NCBI GenBank assembly: GCA_016194745.1
Contig: JACQBA010000012.1
Span: 85,224-149,223 of the forward strand
Origin: Elusimicrobiota bacterium
GTDB lineage: Bacteria > Elusimicrobiota > Elusimicrobia > UBA1565 > JACRDR01
Reading direction: 5' to 3'
Length of the DNA stretch: 64,000 nucleotides
The position numbers and the translations under genes are program-made. The notes beneath the pieces are model-generated. The model did not search any database. It saw nothing but the letters and a program-made list of their open reading frames with translations, and had not been told where the DNA came from. Of this stretch, positions 9,307 to 19,140 are shown piece after piece. The stretch's first letter is position 1. Each line of letters begins with the position of its first letter.

Positions 9307-10080
9307 CTAGTTGGCGAAGATCTCCTTCATGAACTCTTGAAAGCGCTTCCAGGAGCGCTGCGCGGACTGCGCGTTGTAGGCGATGTTGGTCGAGGCGTCC
9401 GAGCCGCTGCGCTCGATGGAGAAGCCGTGCACGGTGCCGCTGTAGGTGTCGAACTCCCAGTCCGCGCCGACCTTCTTCATCTCCTCTTGGAAGTCCGCCA
9501 CCTGCGCGTTGACGAATTTGTCGTCCGCCCCGTGCATGACGAGAATCTTGGCGAGGGGCTTGCTCGTCGCGGGCATGGACGTCTTGAGCGTGCCGTGAAA
9601 GGTGGCCACGCCGCGCAGGTCCGCGCCCATGCGAGCGAGCTCGAGCGCCGCGCCGCCGCCGAAGCAGTAGCCGATGGCCGCGAGCCGGCTCGGGTCGGCG
9701 ACGGGAAGCTTCTTGAGCTCCGCCAGCCCGACCGACGCGCGGCGGCGAAGCAGGCCGCGGTCTCCGCCGTAGAGGCCGGAGAGCTTGCGCGCTTCCTCAT
9801 GATTCTTCGGGTGGACGTCCTTGCCGTAGATGTCCAAGGCGAAGGCCGCGTAGCCGAGGGCGGCCAGGTCTTCGGCGGTCTTGCGCGTGTGCTCGCCGGG
9901 ACCGAGCCAGTCGTGGATGATGAGGACGCCGGGGCGCTTGCCCGGGGCCGCGTCGTCCCACGCGGCGTAGCCCTCGAGGACGACGTCGCCGTCTTTATAG
10001 TCGATGGACTCAGTCTTCACCGCGGCGCCGGCGACGCTCGCGAGCAGCAACAGTGCGGCGGGGATTGTTAAGCGTTTCAT
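9307..10080 (-). CDS. Dienelactone hydrolase family alpha/beta hydrolase (secreted)
   Basis: Signal peptide. IIHDWLG, GYCFGG (nucleophile elbow GxCxG) and MHGADD motifs characteristic of dienelactone hydrolases. Confidence 0.8.
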   Translation of the reverse strand: MKRLTIPAALLLLASVAGAAVKTESIDYKDGDVVLEGYAAWDDAAPGKRPGVLIIHDWLGPGEHTRKTAEDLAALGYAAFALDIYGKDVHPKNHEEARKLSGLYGGDRGLLRRRASVGLAELKKLPVADPSRLAAIGYCFGGGAALELARMGADLRGVATFHGTLKTSMPATSKPLAKILVMHGADDKFVNAQVADFQEEMKKVGADWEFDTYSGTVHGFSIERSGSDASTNIAYNAQSAQRSWKRFQEFMKEIFAN

Positions 10081-10099
10081 AACGCTATATTAACAAGTT

Positions 10100-10140
10100 T
10101 TCAAGGCTCGACCCGCGGGGGCAATGTGTATAATCCGCGG
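10100..10140 (+). promoter_or_regulatory. Candidate sigma70-type promoter (perfect TATAAT at 10129-10134) in the divergent intergenic region
   Basis: This is a locally AT-rich stretch in 70% GC DNA. gtgTATAATcc lies ~60 bp upstream of the C39-like peptidase start. A weak -35 (ctcgac) sits 17 bp upstream. Confidence 0.3.
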
Positions 10141-10196
10141 CAGGAAGGGTGGGCCGGCCGCGTGCCGTCCGACGCGGAAGTCGCGTGGAGGGAACC

Positions 10197-11267
10197 ATGT
10201 CCGCGTTCCGCATCCGCATCGCGCTTCTAGTCGCTGCAGCTCTGAGCACGACGTCCGCCGCACTCGCGGGAGACCCCGTCTTCCCCGAGTTCGGCGGAGC
10301 GGAGTTCCTGCGGGGGCTCCGGGAAGTCCGGCGCCAAGCCTCGATCCTCGAGCCGGGCGTGCGTCCTCCGGCGCGGGCGCGCGCGGGCCGCGACGCCGTC
10401 GCCTCCAGGCTCACGGTGTGGCGCGGCGAGGAGACGCGCCCCTTCGTCTCCCAGACCTATGGCGTCAATGCCTTCAATCGGGCGGTCATGTCGTGGAACG
10501 CGACCGGCGAGGCGACCTTCGAGATCGAGATCAACGGCAGCGGCAAGTGGTACGTGATGGGGCACTGGAGCGACGAGCCCCGGAGCCAGAGCTCGGGCGA
10601 CGTGGACGTCGATACCTTGGTCCTGCGCTCCAACGCCAACACCTTTCGTTTCCGTGTGACCCCGGCGGCGGGGGCGAAGGTCACGCTCGTCGCCGTTGCC
10701 ACCTGGATCCAGGGCGACCGCGATCCCGTGTCGAGCGAGCGCTCGCCCGCCTGGGGCGTGACGCTGCAGGTGCCGCAGCGCTCGCAGGGCGTCGAGTCGA
10801 CCGATCCGGGTAAGATCTGCAGCCCGACGTCTCTTTCCATGGTCCTCGCCTTCCACGGCGTATCGAAGCCGACGGGCGAGGTCGCGGCCGGCGTTCTCGA
10901 CCACGCGAGTGACAAGTACGGGAACTGGTCCTTCAATACCGCTTACGCCCACAGGGTCTCGGGCATGGAGACGTTCGTGCGGCGCATGATGGGGCTTGCG
11001 GAGATCGAGGCCGAGATCGCGGCGGGGCGCCCCGTCGTGCTCTCGCACCGGTGGCACGCGGGGGACTTGGACGGCGCGCCGATCTCGCAAAGCGACGGGC
11101 ATGTCATCGTCGTCGTGGGGTTCACGCGCACGGGCGACGTCGTGGTGAACGATCCTGCGGCCCGCCCGGGGAGCGTGCGCCGCACCTACAAGCGCGCCCA
11201 ACTCACGAAGACCTGGCTCGAGAGGGGCTCGGGCATCACCTATATCCTCCAGCCGAAAGCGCGCTGA
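10197..11267 (+). CDS. Secreted papain-like cysteine peptidase (peptidase C39-like domain protein)
   Basis: Signal peptide (MSAFRIRIALLVAAALSTTSAALA). A Cys motif CSPTSLSMVLAFHG and a downstream His motif GHVIVVVGFTRTGDVVVND match C39-like Cys/His/Asp geometry. Confidence 0.6.
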   Translation: MSAFRIRIALLVAAALSTTSAALAGDPVFPEFGGAEFLRGLREVRRQASILEPGVRPPARARAGRDAVASRLTVWRGEETRPFVSQTYGVNAFNRAVMSWNATGEATFEIEINGSGKWYVMGHWSDEPRSQSSGDVDVDTLVLRSNANTFRFRVTPAAGAKVTLVAVATWIQGDRDPVSSERSPAWGVTLQVPQRSQGVESTDPGKICSPTSLSMVLAFHGVSKPTGEVAAGVLDHASDKYGNWSFNTAYAHRVSGMETFVRRMMGLAEIEAEIAAGRPVVLSHRWHAGDLDGAPISQSDGHVIVVVGFTRTGDVVVNDPAARPGSVRRTYKRAQLTKTWLERGSGITYILQPKAR

Positions 11268-11277
11268 GTCAGCGCTT

Positions 11278-12033
11278 CTAGGGGGGAGTCAGGCAGGACG
11301 CGGGGAGGTCCTTTAAGCGTCCCAGCTCGCGTTGGGCGACGGCGCGGGCCTCGGCACTTAGCTGCGGGTACGCGAGGAGCTCCTTCGTCATCCCTTCTGG
11401 GTCCTTGGCGAGGAGCATCGCGGTGTTGTGCGCCACGAGGATCGCCTTCGAAAACTTGCGGGAGATGGTCTTGCGGAGAAAAGGGCGCAGCGCCTTGACC
11501 ACGCTCGACAAGAGCGGGTTCCTCACCGTGACGTATACGTCGAACTCGGTGCGGATGCCGGGGGGACATCCCGGTCGCTCGACCGGTTTTGTCTTCATGA
11601 TGATCGCCGCGGCGGCGCGGACGCCGGGGAACACGCGGTTGGCGTACACGCCCTCGGCCAGGTAGACGCGGCGGTCCGGACGCTTCTCCGCGAGCGTGAC
11701 GAGCCCGCTGATGCCGGCGCCGTCGTCCACGTCCGACTGCGACGGGCCTCTCATCTCGATGCGATAGGGGGCGATGCGGTGCTTGCGCACGACGGCCGAC
11801 GAGAGGTCGGGGTGGTCGAGGAGAAAGTCCGCCAAGGACGGGGCGATCGGCGTCACGACCGGCGGGATCGAGGACCTGACCGTGTGGTTCTTGACGATCC
11901 GGTCCACCTCCTCGGCGAAGCGGGCGGCTTCCGCGGGCGGCCAAGCGCCCGGCGCCGTCGCCTCCGCGAGCGCGCAGACGCAGACGCACAGGGACAGGGA
12001 AGGCGCGCCCAATACGGCGAGCACTGTCTTCAT
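11278..12033 (-). CDS. Hypothetical secreted/lipoprotein
   Basis: Signal peptide with LSLCVCVCALA. Its start overlaps the tag stop by 4 bp. No recognisable motif. Confidence 0.45.
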   Translation of the reverse strand: MKTVLAVLGAPSLSLCVCVCALAEATAPGAWPPAEAARFAEEVDRIVKNHTVRSSIPPVVTPIAPSLADFLLDHPDLSSAVVRKHRIAPYRIEMRGPSQSDVDDGAGISGLVTLAEKRPDRRVYLAEGVYANRVFPGVRAAAAIIMKTKPVERPGCPPGIRTEFDVYVTVRNPLLSSVVKALRPFLRKTISRKFSKAILVAHNTAMLLAKDPEGMTKELLAYPQLSAEARAVAQRELGRLKDLPASCLTPP

Positions 12034-12599
12034 TTGGCCCCGCGGCGGAAGCAGCCCACGACGTGGTCGTTGACCATGCCCACGGCCTGCATGTGCGCGT
12101 AGACCACGGTCGGGCCGAGGAACTTGAATCCCCGCGTCTTGAGGTCCTTGGATAAGACTACCGCCTCGTCGATCTGGACGGGGTAGTCCTTGAGCGTCCT
12201 GAGCGTATGCACGATCGGCTTGTGTCCGACGAAGGACCAGATGTATTTGGTGAAGGTGCCGAACTCCTTCTGCACTTCCTGAAAGCGCGCCGCGTTGTGG
12301 ATCGCGGCCGCGATCTTGAGCCGGTTTCGCACGATGCCCGCGTCACAGACGAGCCGCGCCACGTCCCGCTTGCCGAAGCGGGAGACCTTCTTGTAGTCGA
12401 ACCCGGCGAACGCCTTGCGGAAATTCTCCCGCTTGTGGAGCACGATGCGCCAGGAAAGGCCGGCTTGGAACGTCTCGAGCACGAGGAACTCGAACATCTT
12501 TCGGTCGTCCTTCACCGGGACGCCCCACTCCTCGTCGTGGTACGCGACGTAGAGGGCGTCGTCCGCGACGGGCCAGGGGCAGCGGATCCGCTCCTTCAT
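12030..12599 (-). CDS. tag: DNA-3-methyladenine glycosylase I
   Basis: MKERIRCPWPVADDALYVAYHDEEWGVPVKDDRKMFEFLVLETFQAGLSWRIVLHKRENFRKAF is the canonical Tag N-terminus with a Zn-binding C-x-x-...-H-x-x-x-E-W-G. 189 aa. Confidence 0.85.
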   Translation of the reverse strand: MKERIRCPWPVADDALYVAYHDEEWGVPVKDDRKMFEFLVLETFQAGLSWRIVLHKRENFRKAFAGFDYKKVSRFGKRDVARLVCDAGIVRNRLKIAAAIHNAARFQEVQKEFGTFTKYIWSFVGHKPIVHTLRTLKDYPVQIDEAVVLSKDLKTRGFKFLGPTVVYAHMQAVGMVNDHVVGCFRRGAK

Positions 12600-13345
12600 A
12601 GCCGCCAGCACGCGCCGAGCGCCTGATAGGTGAACTCGACCATCCCGCTCTTCGCGTGCCGCTCGAAGAGGGCGCCGATCTCCGCGTCGAACCCCGCGCG
12701 GTCGGCGATGCCGTGGGCGACGTAGGAGCTCGAGTGGACCCGTCCGAGAAATCCCGCGCGGTCCATCGCCTGGGCGTTCGGGAACTCTGCCTCGGTCCAA
12801 TCCCGGACGAGCGGCGAGGCGCGCAGCTCCTTGAGGGTCGAACCCTTGCCGCGCAGCTGCTTGTACTCGCTGCTGTAGCGCACGAGGAGGCATTCGTAGC
12901 CTCGGAGGAACTCGGTGTCCTGCGTGCGGTCGTTCCAGAACGCCGCGCACCAGCCGCTCGGCTTGAGGATGCGCGTGAACTCGGCGAGCGCGGCGGGCAC
13001 GTCGAACCAATGGAACGCTTGGGCCGCGATGACGAGATCGGCGCTCGCCGGGGGAAGCCCCGTCGCGCCCGCCTCGCCGTTGACGTAGCGCGGACCGCCC
13101 GCCCGCGCGGCCGCGGCCTCGCGCATCTTGTCGTTGGGCTCGACGCCGCTCACGCGCAGGCCCCGCTCCGCGAAGAGCCGGCTCGAGATGCCCGTGCCGC
13201 AGCCGACGTCGACGATCTCGGCGCCCGGCCGCGCGTCGGCCGTCTTCAGTATCCAGTCGATCAGCTCTTTGGGATAGCTCGGGCGGTAGGCGTCGTAGTT
13301 CGCGACGGTCTCGGTGAACCGGCTCTTCGGATCCTTGAGGGCCAT
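12596..13345 (-). CDS. Class I SAM-dependent methyltransferase
   Basis: VDVGCGTGISSRLFAERG (motif I) and LKPSGW (post-I). Overlaps tag by 4 bp (ATGA), so likely co-transcribed. Confidence 0.8.
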   Translation of the reverse strand: MALKDPKSRFTETVANYDAYRPSYPKELIDWILKTADARPGAEIVDVGCGTGISSRLFAERGLRVSGVEPNDKMREAAAARAGGPRYVNGEAGATGLPPASADLVIAAQAFHWFDVPAALAEFTRILKPSGWCAAFWNDRTQDTEFLRGYECLLVRYSSEYKQLRGKGSTLKELRASPLVRDWTEAEFPNAQAMDRAGFLGRVHSSSYVAHGIADRAGFDAEIGALFERHAKSGMVEFTYQALGACWRL

Positions 13346-13478
13346 GGCGAGATATCTCGATGATACAAAATCCGGCGCGGCGGCCCATTGGGCCTAGCGG
13401 GGGGCAAGGCCTAAGTCTCGTCCTCTATAGGTCCAATGTATGTGGTCGCCTCCGGGGCCGTCCAATATACTGACACCC

Positions 13479-14801
13479 ATGGAGGGCGACGCCCCGGTAG
13501 TCTATAGCCGCGCGCGCACGTCGTTTGTGCGAGCCTCGCTCCTCCTTCTCGCCGCGGCCCAAGCCTCCGCCCCGGTCCGCGCCGCCTCCGGCCCGGCCGA
13601 ATTCCTGAAAGACGCCCGCCTCCAGCCCGTCGCCGACGTCGGCGTCGCCGCGCCGGCGGGGCCGTCCCAGGCGGTGCTCGACGAGATCGCCGAGACGATC
13701 GCCGAGCAGTACGTCGAGCCCATCTCCAAGGAGACCTTCGCGGGCCTGTCGATCGAGCGGATCATGGCGCGGCTCGATCCCAACTCGCGCTACCTGACGC
13801 CCGAGCAGGTGCTGCAGTTCGGCCTGGATCAGCTCAACCGCTCCTACGTCGGCGTCGGCGTCATGCTGGACAAGGCCTCGCCGGCCGATCCCCTCGTCGT
13901 CGTCTACCCGATCCCGGGCGCGCCCGCGGACGGTCGGCTCGACCCGGGCGACCGGATCACGGCGGTCAACGGCATGCCCGTCGCGGGCCTGCCGCGCGAG
14001 GACGCGGTCGCGCTCTTTCGCGGGAGGAGCGGCGACCCGGTCGCCGTCGCGGTCGAGGGCAAGCCCGAGCCCGTGACGATCACGCGCGGCCGCGTGCCCA
14101 CGGTCGTCGCCCACGGCGACCTGCTCGCGGGCGACGTCGGCTACCTCTACGTCGGAAGCTTCCCCGGCATGGCGGACAAGGAGATCTGGAAGGTGATGAA
14201 GCGCTTGAACGCGCGCGTGAAGGAGCTGAGCGACCTCTCCGAGAGCGCGGGCGGCCCGGCGCGCGCGCTTCGCGGCCTCGTCATCGACCTGCGCGACTGC
14301 CCGGGCGGCGACATCGAGGCCTCGCTCTTCTTCATGTCCTATTTCCTGCACGGCGGCATGCCCGTGCTGCAGATCGAGCACCGCGGGAGCCGCCAGGTCA
14401 TCGGCTCGCCGCGCGACGGCCTCTATCCCGATCTGCCGCTCGCCGTTCTTGTCAACGGGCGCACCGCGTCCTCGGCCGAGATCGTCGCGGCTGCGCTCCA
14501 GGACCACAAGCGGGCGGTCATCGTCGGCTCGCGGACCTTCAAGAAAGGGTCCGTGCAGAAGCCGATCCCGCTTCAGGACGGCTCGATGCTGCGCCTGACC
14601 ACCGACCGCTGGCTCAGCCCGAGCGGCCGCTCGGTCGAGGGCGCGGGCGTCGAGCCGGATGCGCCCGTCGCGGTAGAGGCGGCCGCCGAGCGCGCGGCGA
14701 TGCAGGACGTGGTGCGGCGCGCCTACGGGGGGGAGCCCTCCGCGGCGCCGCCCCCGGACCCGGCGCTGGCGGTCGCGCTGCGGCGCCTGGCGGAGCGCTG
14801 A
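13479..14801 (+). CDS. S41-family carboxyl-terminal processing peptidase (Ctp/Prc-like) with a PDZ domain
   Basis: PDZ-like GDRITAVNG ... and S41 catalytic-region motifs GLVIDLRDCPGG and RTASSAEIVAAALQD. Signal peptide after M13479. The track ORF starts earlier at 13440. Confidence 0.75.
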   Translation: MEGDAPVVYSRARTSFVRASLLLLAAAQASAPVRAASGPAEFLKDARLQPVADVGVAAPAGPSQAVLDEIAETIAEQYVEPISKETFAGLSIERIMARLDPNSRYLTPEQVLQFGLDQLNRSYVGVGVMLDKASPADPLVVVYPIPGAPADGRLDPGDRITAVNGMPVAGLPREDAVALFRGRSGDPVAVAVEGKPEPVTITRGRVPTVVAHGDLLAGDVGYLYVGSFPGMADKEIWKVMKRLNARVKELSDLSESAGGPARALRGLVIDLRDCPGGDIEASLFFMSYFLHGGMPVLQIEHRGSRQVIGSPRDGLYPDLPLAVLVNGRTASSAEIVAAALQDHKRAVIVGSRTFKKGSVQKPIPLQDGSMLRLTTDRWLSPSGRSVEGAGVEPDAPVAVEAAAERAAMQDVVRRAYGGEPSAAPPPDPALAVALRRLAER

Positions 14802-14806
14802 GTCCG

Positions 14807-16048
14807 ATGCCCCTTTCCCCTCGGCTCGGGACGCGGCTCGCGGCCGCCGGCCTGGCCGCGGGACTCGCCTGCTCCGTCCTCGCGGCTGCGCCCGCCGACG
14901 ATTTTGCGGCCGACGTCGAGGCTGTGCGGGCCGTCTTCCGCCGCCTCGTCTCGATGCATGGCACGACGAACGCCCATATCAGCCTGGCGCAGGTCGATGC
15001 GCTCCTTGCGGAAGCGCTCGCCTTGGACCGCGAGGAGCGCGCGCTGGCGGCGTTGGGCGACGATGAGCTGGCGCGGGCGGCGGCGCGTCTGGAGGCCGCC
15101 GTCGAGCGCTGCGAGGCCCTTCGTCATCGCGGGCGTCCGCTCAGCCCCGTCGGCGGCGTGGTGGGCCTCGCGGAGCAGCTGCAGTCGCGGCTCGTCGCGA
15201 CCGGCGCGCGCGCCGCCGGTCCCGGAATCTCCGCGTTGGAGGCGTCGCTGAAGAGTCTGTCCGGCCTCGCGGACGCGGGGCGCTTGGACGACGCGCGCGG
15301 GCAAAGCGCCGCCGCGTGGGAGCAGTTCAAGCGTACCTCTGGTTTCGTCGACCGGCTCGGCTCGCCGCTGTCGGAGACCGTGACTGGGCTGCGCGGCCGC
15401 TTGAACGCCGCCGCGGCCGAAGTCGCGCGCGTTCGGGACTTGATTGCGGGCGGGCCCGTCTACGTCCCGCCTCCGACGTCGGGCCGCACCGTCGGCGATC
15501 CCGCGCGGCGCGCGGCGCTCGTCCACCAGCAGCGGGCGCAGGCCTGCGCCGTCGTCGCGCAGCAGCAGATGCTGATCGAGTACGGTCTGCTCCCCCGCGG
15601 CGGCGACTTGGTCCAGCAGGAGGAGGAGCTCCACCGCGAGGCGCGGCGCAAGGGCCACTACAAGAGCGGCTACTTCCTCGCCAATCCCAACAACGGCGGC
15701 ATCGAGAACGGCGCGACCTCGCGCGAGTACCTCGGCAATCTGCTCTCCGACCGAGGCCTCGTCGTCGCCAAGCGCGGCCCCGCCTCCCGCGCGGAGCTCG
15801 ACCGGGCGCTCGCTTCGGGCAAGATGCTCATGGCGGAGGTGGACGCGGGCGAGCTGTGGTCGTCGCCGTCGAGCCACGGCTTCCTCCATGTGATCGTCGT
15901 GACCGGCGCGGACCTCGACGCCGCGGGCCGGCCGGTCGCGGTCTACGTCAACGACAGCGGGGTCAACGCCGGCGGGCGCCGCATGAGCCGCGAGGAATTC
16001 TTGCGCGCGTGGGAGCCGGCGGGCCGCCGGTTCGTGGAAGTCCTCTGA
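14807..16048 (+). CDS. Hypothetical secreted protein with a C-terminal papain-like (C39-like) domain
   Basis: Signal peptide. The C-terminal ~170 aa contain CAVVAQQQMLIEYG and HGFLHVIVVTGADLDAAGRPVAVYVNDSG, paralogous to the Cys and His blocks of the 10197 gene. Confidence 0.55.
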   Translation: MPLSPRLGTRLAAAGLAAGLACSVLAAAPADDFAADVEAVRAVFRRLVSMHGTTNAHISLAQVDALLAEALALDREERALAALGDDELARAAARLEAAVERCEALRHRGRPLSPVGGVVGLAEQLQSRLVATGARAAGPGISALEASLKSLSGLADAGRLDDARGQSAAAWEQFKRTSGFVDRLGSPLSETVTGLRGRLNAAAAEVARVRDLIAGGPVYVPPPTSGRTVGDPARRAALVHQQRAQACAVVAQQQMLIEYGLLPRGGDLVQQEEELHREARRKGHYKSGYFLANPNNGGIENGATSREYLGNLLSDRGLVVAKRGPASRAELDRALASGKMLMAEVDAGELWSSPSSHGFLHVIVVTGADLDAAGRPVAVYVNDSGVNAGGRRMSREEFLRAWEPAGRRFVEVL

Positions 16049-16052
16049 TCGT

Positions 16053-17480
16053 CTAGGCGCGCCGCTCGCCGGAGCCGGTCGGCTCGGGCGCGGAGTCTCG
16101 CCTGTCGGGCACGACGCCGAGCAGCGCCAGCCCCGGTCCCGCCATCACGGTCGTCGCGATCGCCATTAGGACCATCATCGCGAAGATGGACGGCGTGATG
16201 ACGCCCAGGTCGTAGCCGATGTTCAAGACGACGAGCTCGATGAGTCCGCGCGTGTTCATGAGCGTGCCGACCGCGAGGGAGTCGCGCCAGCCCATCCCGG
16301 ACCACCGCGCCGCCAGCGAACTGCCTCCGAACTTGCCCGTGACGGCGACGAGCAGGATGAGCGCGCACACAGCCCACGAGGCCGGATCGTCCAAGAGGCC
16401 GATGCGCGTGCGCAGCCCCGTCAGCGTGAAGAAGAGGGGGAGGAGCACGACGACCGTGAAGCGCTCCAAGTAGCCCGCGAGCGCCTGGCGGAACCCGGTC
16501 TCGGGCGGCATGAGGACGCCGGCGAGGAACGCGCCGAAGAGGGCGTGGACGCCGATCCGCTCGGTGACGAGGGCCGATACGAGCGCCACGAGGAGCGCGG
16601 TCGCGGTCGCCTCGCGGCCGAGCGTGCCCGACTCGTCGAAGCGTCCGATCCAGCGCGCGAGGGCGGGACGCGCGATCCAGACCATCGCGCCGATCCACAT
16701 CGCGCAGAGTCCTGCCACCTTCACCGCCGCGAGCGCCGAGCCGCTCTGCACGTAGCCCACGACCGCCGCGAGCGCGCACCAGGCGGTCACGTCGTCGACC
16801 GCCGCGCAGGCGAGCGAGATCGCCCCGATCGGCGAGCGCGTCAGGCCCTTCTCGCGGATGATGCGCGCGAGCACGGGGAAGGCGGTGATGCTCATCGCGG
16901 TCCCCATGAAGAGGCAAAAGGGCGGGAAGGCCACGCCCTTCGGCGCGTACTGCGGATAGAGGAAGAGCGCCAGGCCCGAGCCCATGAGGAACGGGACGAT
17001 GATGCTCGCGTGGGAGATCCACACGGCCGTCGCCGCTCTCTCGCGCAGAAGACCCGGGCTCAGCTCGATGCCGACGATGAACATGAAAACGACGAGCCCG
17101 AAGTTGCTCATGAGGGACAGGTTGTCGAGCGACCCCGGGGGAAATAGGATCGCTTGGCTGTGCGGCCAGACGGCGCCGAGGAGCGAGGGGCCGAGGCAGA
17201 TGCCCGCCAGGATCTCGCCGACCACCTCCGGCTGCCCGGCGACCGCGAGCGCCTTGCCGAAGACGCGGCTCGCGCAGATGACGACCACGATCTGGAGGAG
17301 GAGCAGGCTGAGCGGATTGCCGTGCGATGGCGCCTTCGCGGGAGAGGCGGGCGCGGCGGCGGCGGAAGCGGCGGGCGCCGGGTCTCCAGCCGGGATGCGG
17401 GCGCCCACGTGCAGGATGCCCTGCAGTCCGGCCGCGAAGAGCACGAGGGCGAGGACATACGCCGCGATCTGTTTGGACAT
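16053..17480 (-). CDS. Monovalent cation:proton antiporter (CPA2/Kef-type Na+/H+ exchanger family)
   Basis: About 12 TM segments with CPA signature regions (GEILAGICLGPSLLG, GIELS, AAVDDVTAW). 475 aa. Confidence 0.8.
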   Translation of the reverse strand: MSKQIAAYVLALVLFAAGLQGILHVGARIPAGDPAPAASAAAAPASPAKAPSHGNPLSLLLLQIVVVICASRVFGKALAVAGQPEVVGEILAGICLGPSLLGAVWPHSQAILFPPGSLDNLSLMSNFGLVVFMFIVGIELSPGLLRERAATAVWISHASIIVPFLMGSGLALFLYPQYAPKGVAFPPFCLFMGTAMSITAFPVLARIIREKGLTRSPIGAISLACAAVDDVTAWCALAAVVGYVQSGSALAAVKVAGLCAMWIGAMVWIARPALARWIGRFDESGTLGREATATALLVALVSALVTERIGVHALFGAFLAGVLMPPETGFRQALAGYLERFTVVVLLPLFFTLTGLRTRIGLLDDPASWAVCALILLVAVTGKFGGSSLAARWSGMGWRDSLAVGTLMNTRGLIELVVLNIGYDLGVITPSIFAMMVLMAIATTVMAGPGLALLGVVPDRRDSAPEPTGSGERRA

Positions 17481-17536
17481 GCAGTAAGGTTAAATCGTCT
17501 CGTCGCGGCTCGTCAAGTGGGATAAAATCGGCGCGG

Positions 17537-18523
17537 CTACCAGCGGACTTGGTCCCAGGCGGGCTTGTAGGGCGGAGCGCCGGTCCCGTCCGGCTTCTCC
17601 CAATGAGGCTGGTCGTCGGGGCCGGGATCGAAGGAGGAGATCGCGTCGGGGTTGGCGAGCCGGACGAATTTGACGCCCTTGACGCTGGTCAGCGGGACCG
17701 ACTGGTCGCCCATGCCGTTGGTGCCTTCCTGGCTCGACCAGAACAGAAGGTGCTTCTTGCCATTCTTCACGCGCCAGCCGAGGAAGACGACCGAGTGGCT
17801 GCGGCTGCCCCAGCTGATCGTCATGAAGTCGCCGGCGCGCGCGTCCTCGGGCTCGATCACCTGGCCCATGCCCGAGTACTGGATCAGCGCGTAGTAGACG
17901 CCGAAGTCGTCCGCGTTCCAGCGTCCCCAGAACTTGACTCCGTCGCGCCGCCGCCCGTCGTCCTTCTCCTGCATGCGCATCGCTTCCTTCTGCGCCTCGC
18001 TAATCGCCGGGAAGCGGCCGCCGTAGATCAGGTTCAGCGCCTCGACGAACGCGGCGTAAGAGGCGCCGGTGCAGAAGCTCGTCTTGCGCGGCGGCTTGAG
18101 CAGGTGGCGTCCGAAGAGCGCCAAGGAAAATCCGACCGGCGACTCGGGAGGCGTGGCGCGCGGCCCCATGAAATAGCCGCCGCCGTCGGGGACGATCGCC
18201 TGCGTCGCGTCGATCGCCTTGAGGACCAGGTCGTTGAAGCCGACCGCGTACTTCTTGAAGATCTCGTGGTGGCTCGTGTTGTGAGGGCGCGCCCAGAGCT
18301 CGCTTTCGGGAATGATCTGCCAGCGGCCTTGGACGGGCGCGGGAGCCGGGCGCGACGGAGTCGGCCGCGGAGGCTTGGGGCGGCGCGGCGCCGTGCCGCG
18401 GACTTCATGGAGGAGAGGGGAGTCGCCGAGGACGTGGCGCGCGTCTTGAAATCCGAGGACAAGAGAATCCGCCGCATGCGCGGTCGTCGCTAGCGCGATT
18501 AGGACGGCCAGTAAGGCGCCCAT
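17537..18523 (-). CDS. Hypothetical secreted protein with a possible Cys/His hydrolase fold
   Basis: Signal peptide. Pro-rich linker. FCTGASYAAFVEALN and HSVVFLGW blocks resemble a papain-like/amidase Cys-His pair. The call is tentative. Confidence 0.5.
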   Translation of the reverse strand: MGALLAVLIALATTAHAADSLVLGFQDARHVLGDSPLLHEVRGTAPRRPKPPRPTPSRPAPAPVQGRWQIIPESELWARPHNTSHHEIFKKYAVGFNDLVLKAIDATQAIVPDGGGYFMGPRATPPESPVGFSLALFGRHLLKPPRKTSFCTGASYAAFVEALNLIYGGRFPAISEAQKEAMRMQEKDDGRRRDGVKFWGRWNADDFGVYYALIQYSGMGQVIEPEDARAGDFMTISWGSRSHSVVFLGWRVKNGKKHLLFWSSQEGTNGMGDQSVPLTSVKGVKFVRLANPDAISSFDPGPDDQPHWEKPDGTGAPPYKPAWDQVRW

Positions 18524-18579
18524 GCGCGGACTCTACAACACTTTTATGAAATTTACCACAGAGAGAGTATAATGCGGCC

Positions 18580-19140
18580 ATGGAACACAAATGTTTGTCG
18601 CCGTGGAAGGGAGCGGTCGCCGGCGGTCTGATCGCGTTCGTGTGGAGTTCGATCTCGTGGATGGCCCTCCCGTTCCACGAAAAGACGCTGAGCGAGTTCA
18701 AGGACCCCGTCGCGACGGTCCAGATGCTCTCCGCGAACGCGCCGAGCTCGGGCGCCTACATCGTCAAGTACGACATGAGCGGCAAGACCATGCCGACCGG
18801 CCCGTTCGTGTTCCTCTCTTTAAATAGGGAAGGCTGGGGCTCGATGGGCGCCACGATGGCGCTCGGGCTGGCGATGCAGATGGCGGGCGGATTTTTCTGG
18901 ACGTGGATCCTGGGCAAGATTCCCGGGCTGACGTCGAAGGACGCGGCGCTTTACGGGTGCTTCTTCGGCCTGTGCGTCGGCATCCTGGGCGCGATGCCCA
19001 ACTCGGTGTGGTGGAAGTTCCCGTGGTGCTTCTCGCTGCTGTACGTCGCGGACGCCGTGGTCTCCTGGACGGTCGCGAGCGTCGTGATCGCGCGCTTCTG
19101 TCAGGCGTCGGCGTGCGCCTTGCCTACCAAGGCAGCTTGA
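18580..19140 (+). CDS. Hypothetical membrane protein
   Basis: Four hydrophobic helices, 186 aa, no recognisable motif. Its 3' end overlaps the convergent gene. Confidence 0.45.
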   Translation: MEHKCLSPWKGAVAGGLIAFVWSSISWMALPFHEKTLSEFKDPVATVQMLSANAPSSGAYIVKYDMSGKTMPTGPFVFLSLNREGWGSMGATMALGLAMQMAGGFFWTWILGKIPGLTSKDAALYGCFFGLCVGILGAMPNSVWWKFPWCFSLLYVADAVVSWTVASVVIARFCQASACALPTKAA

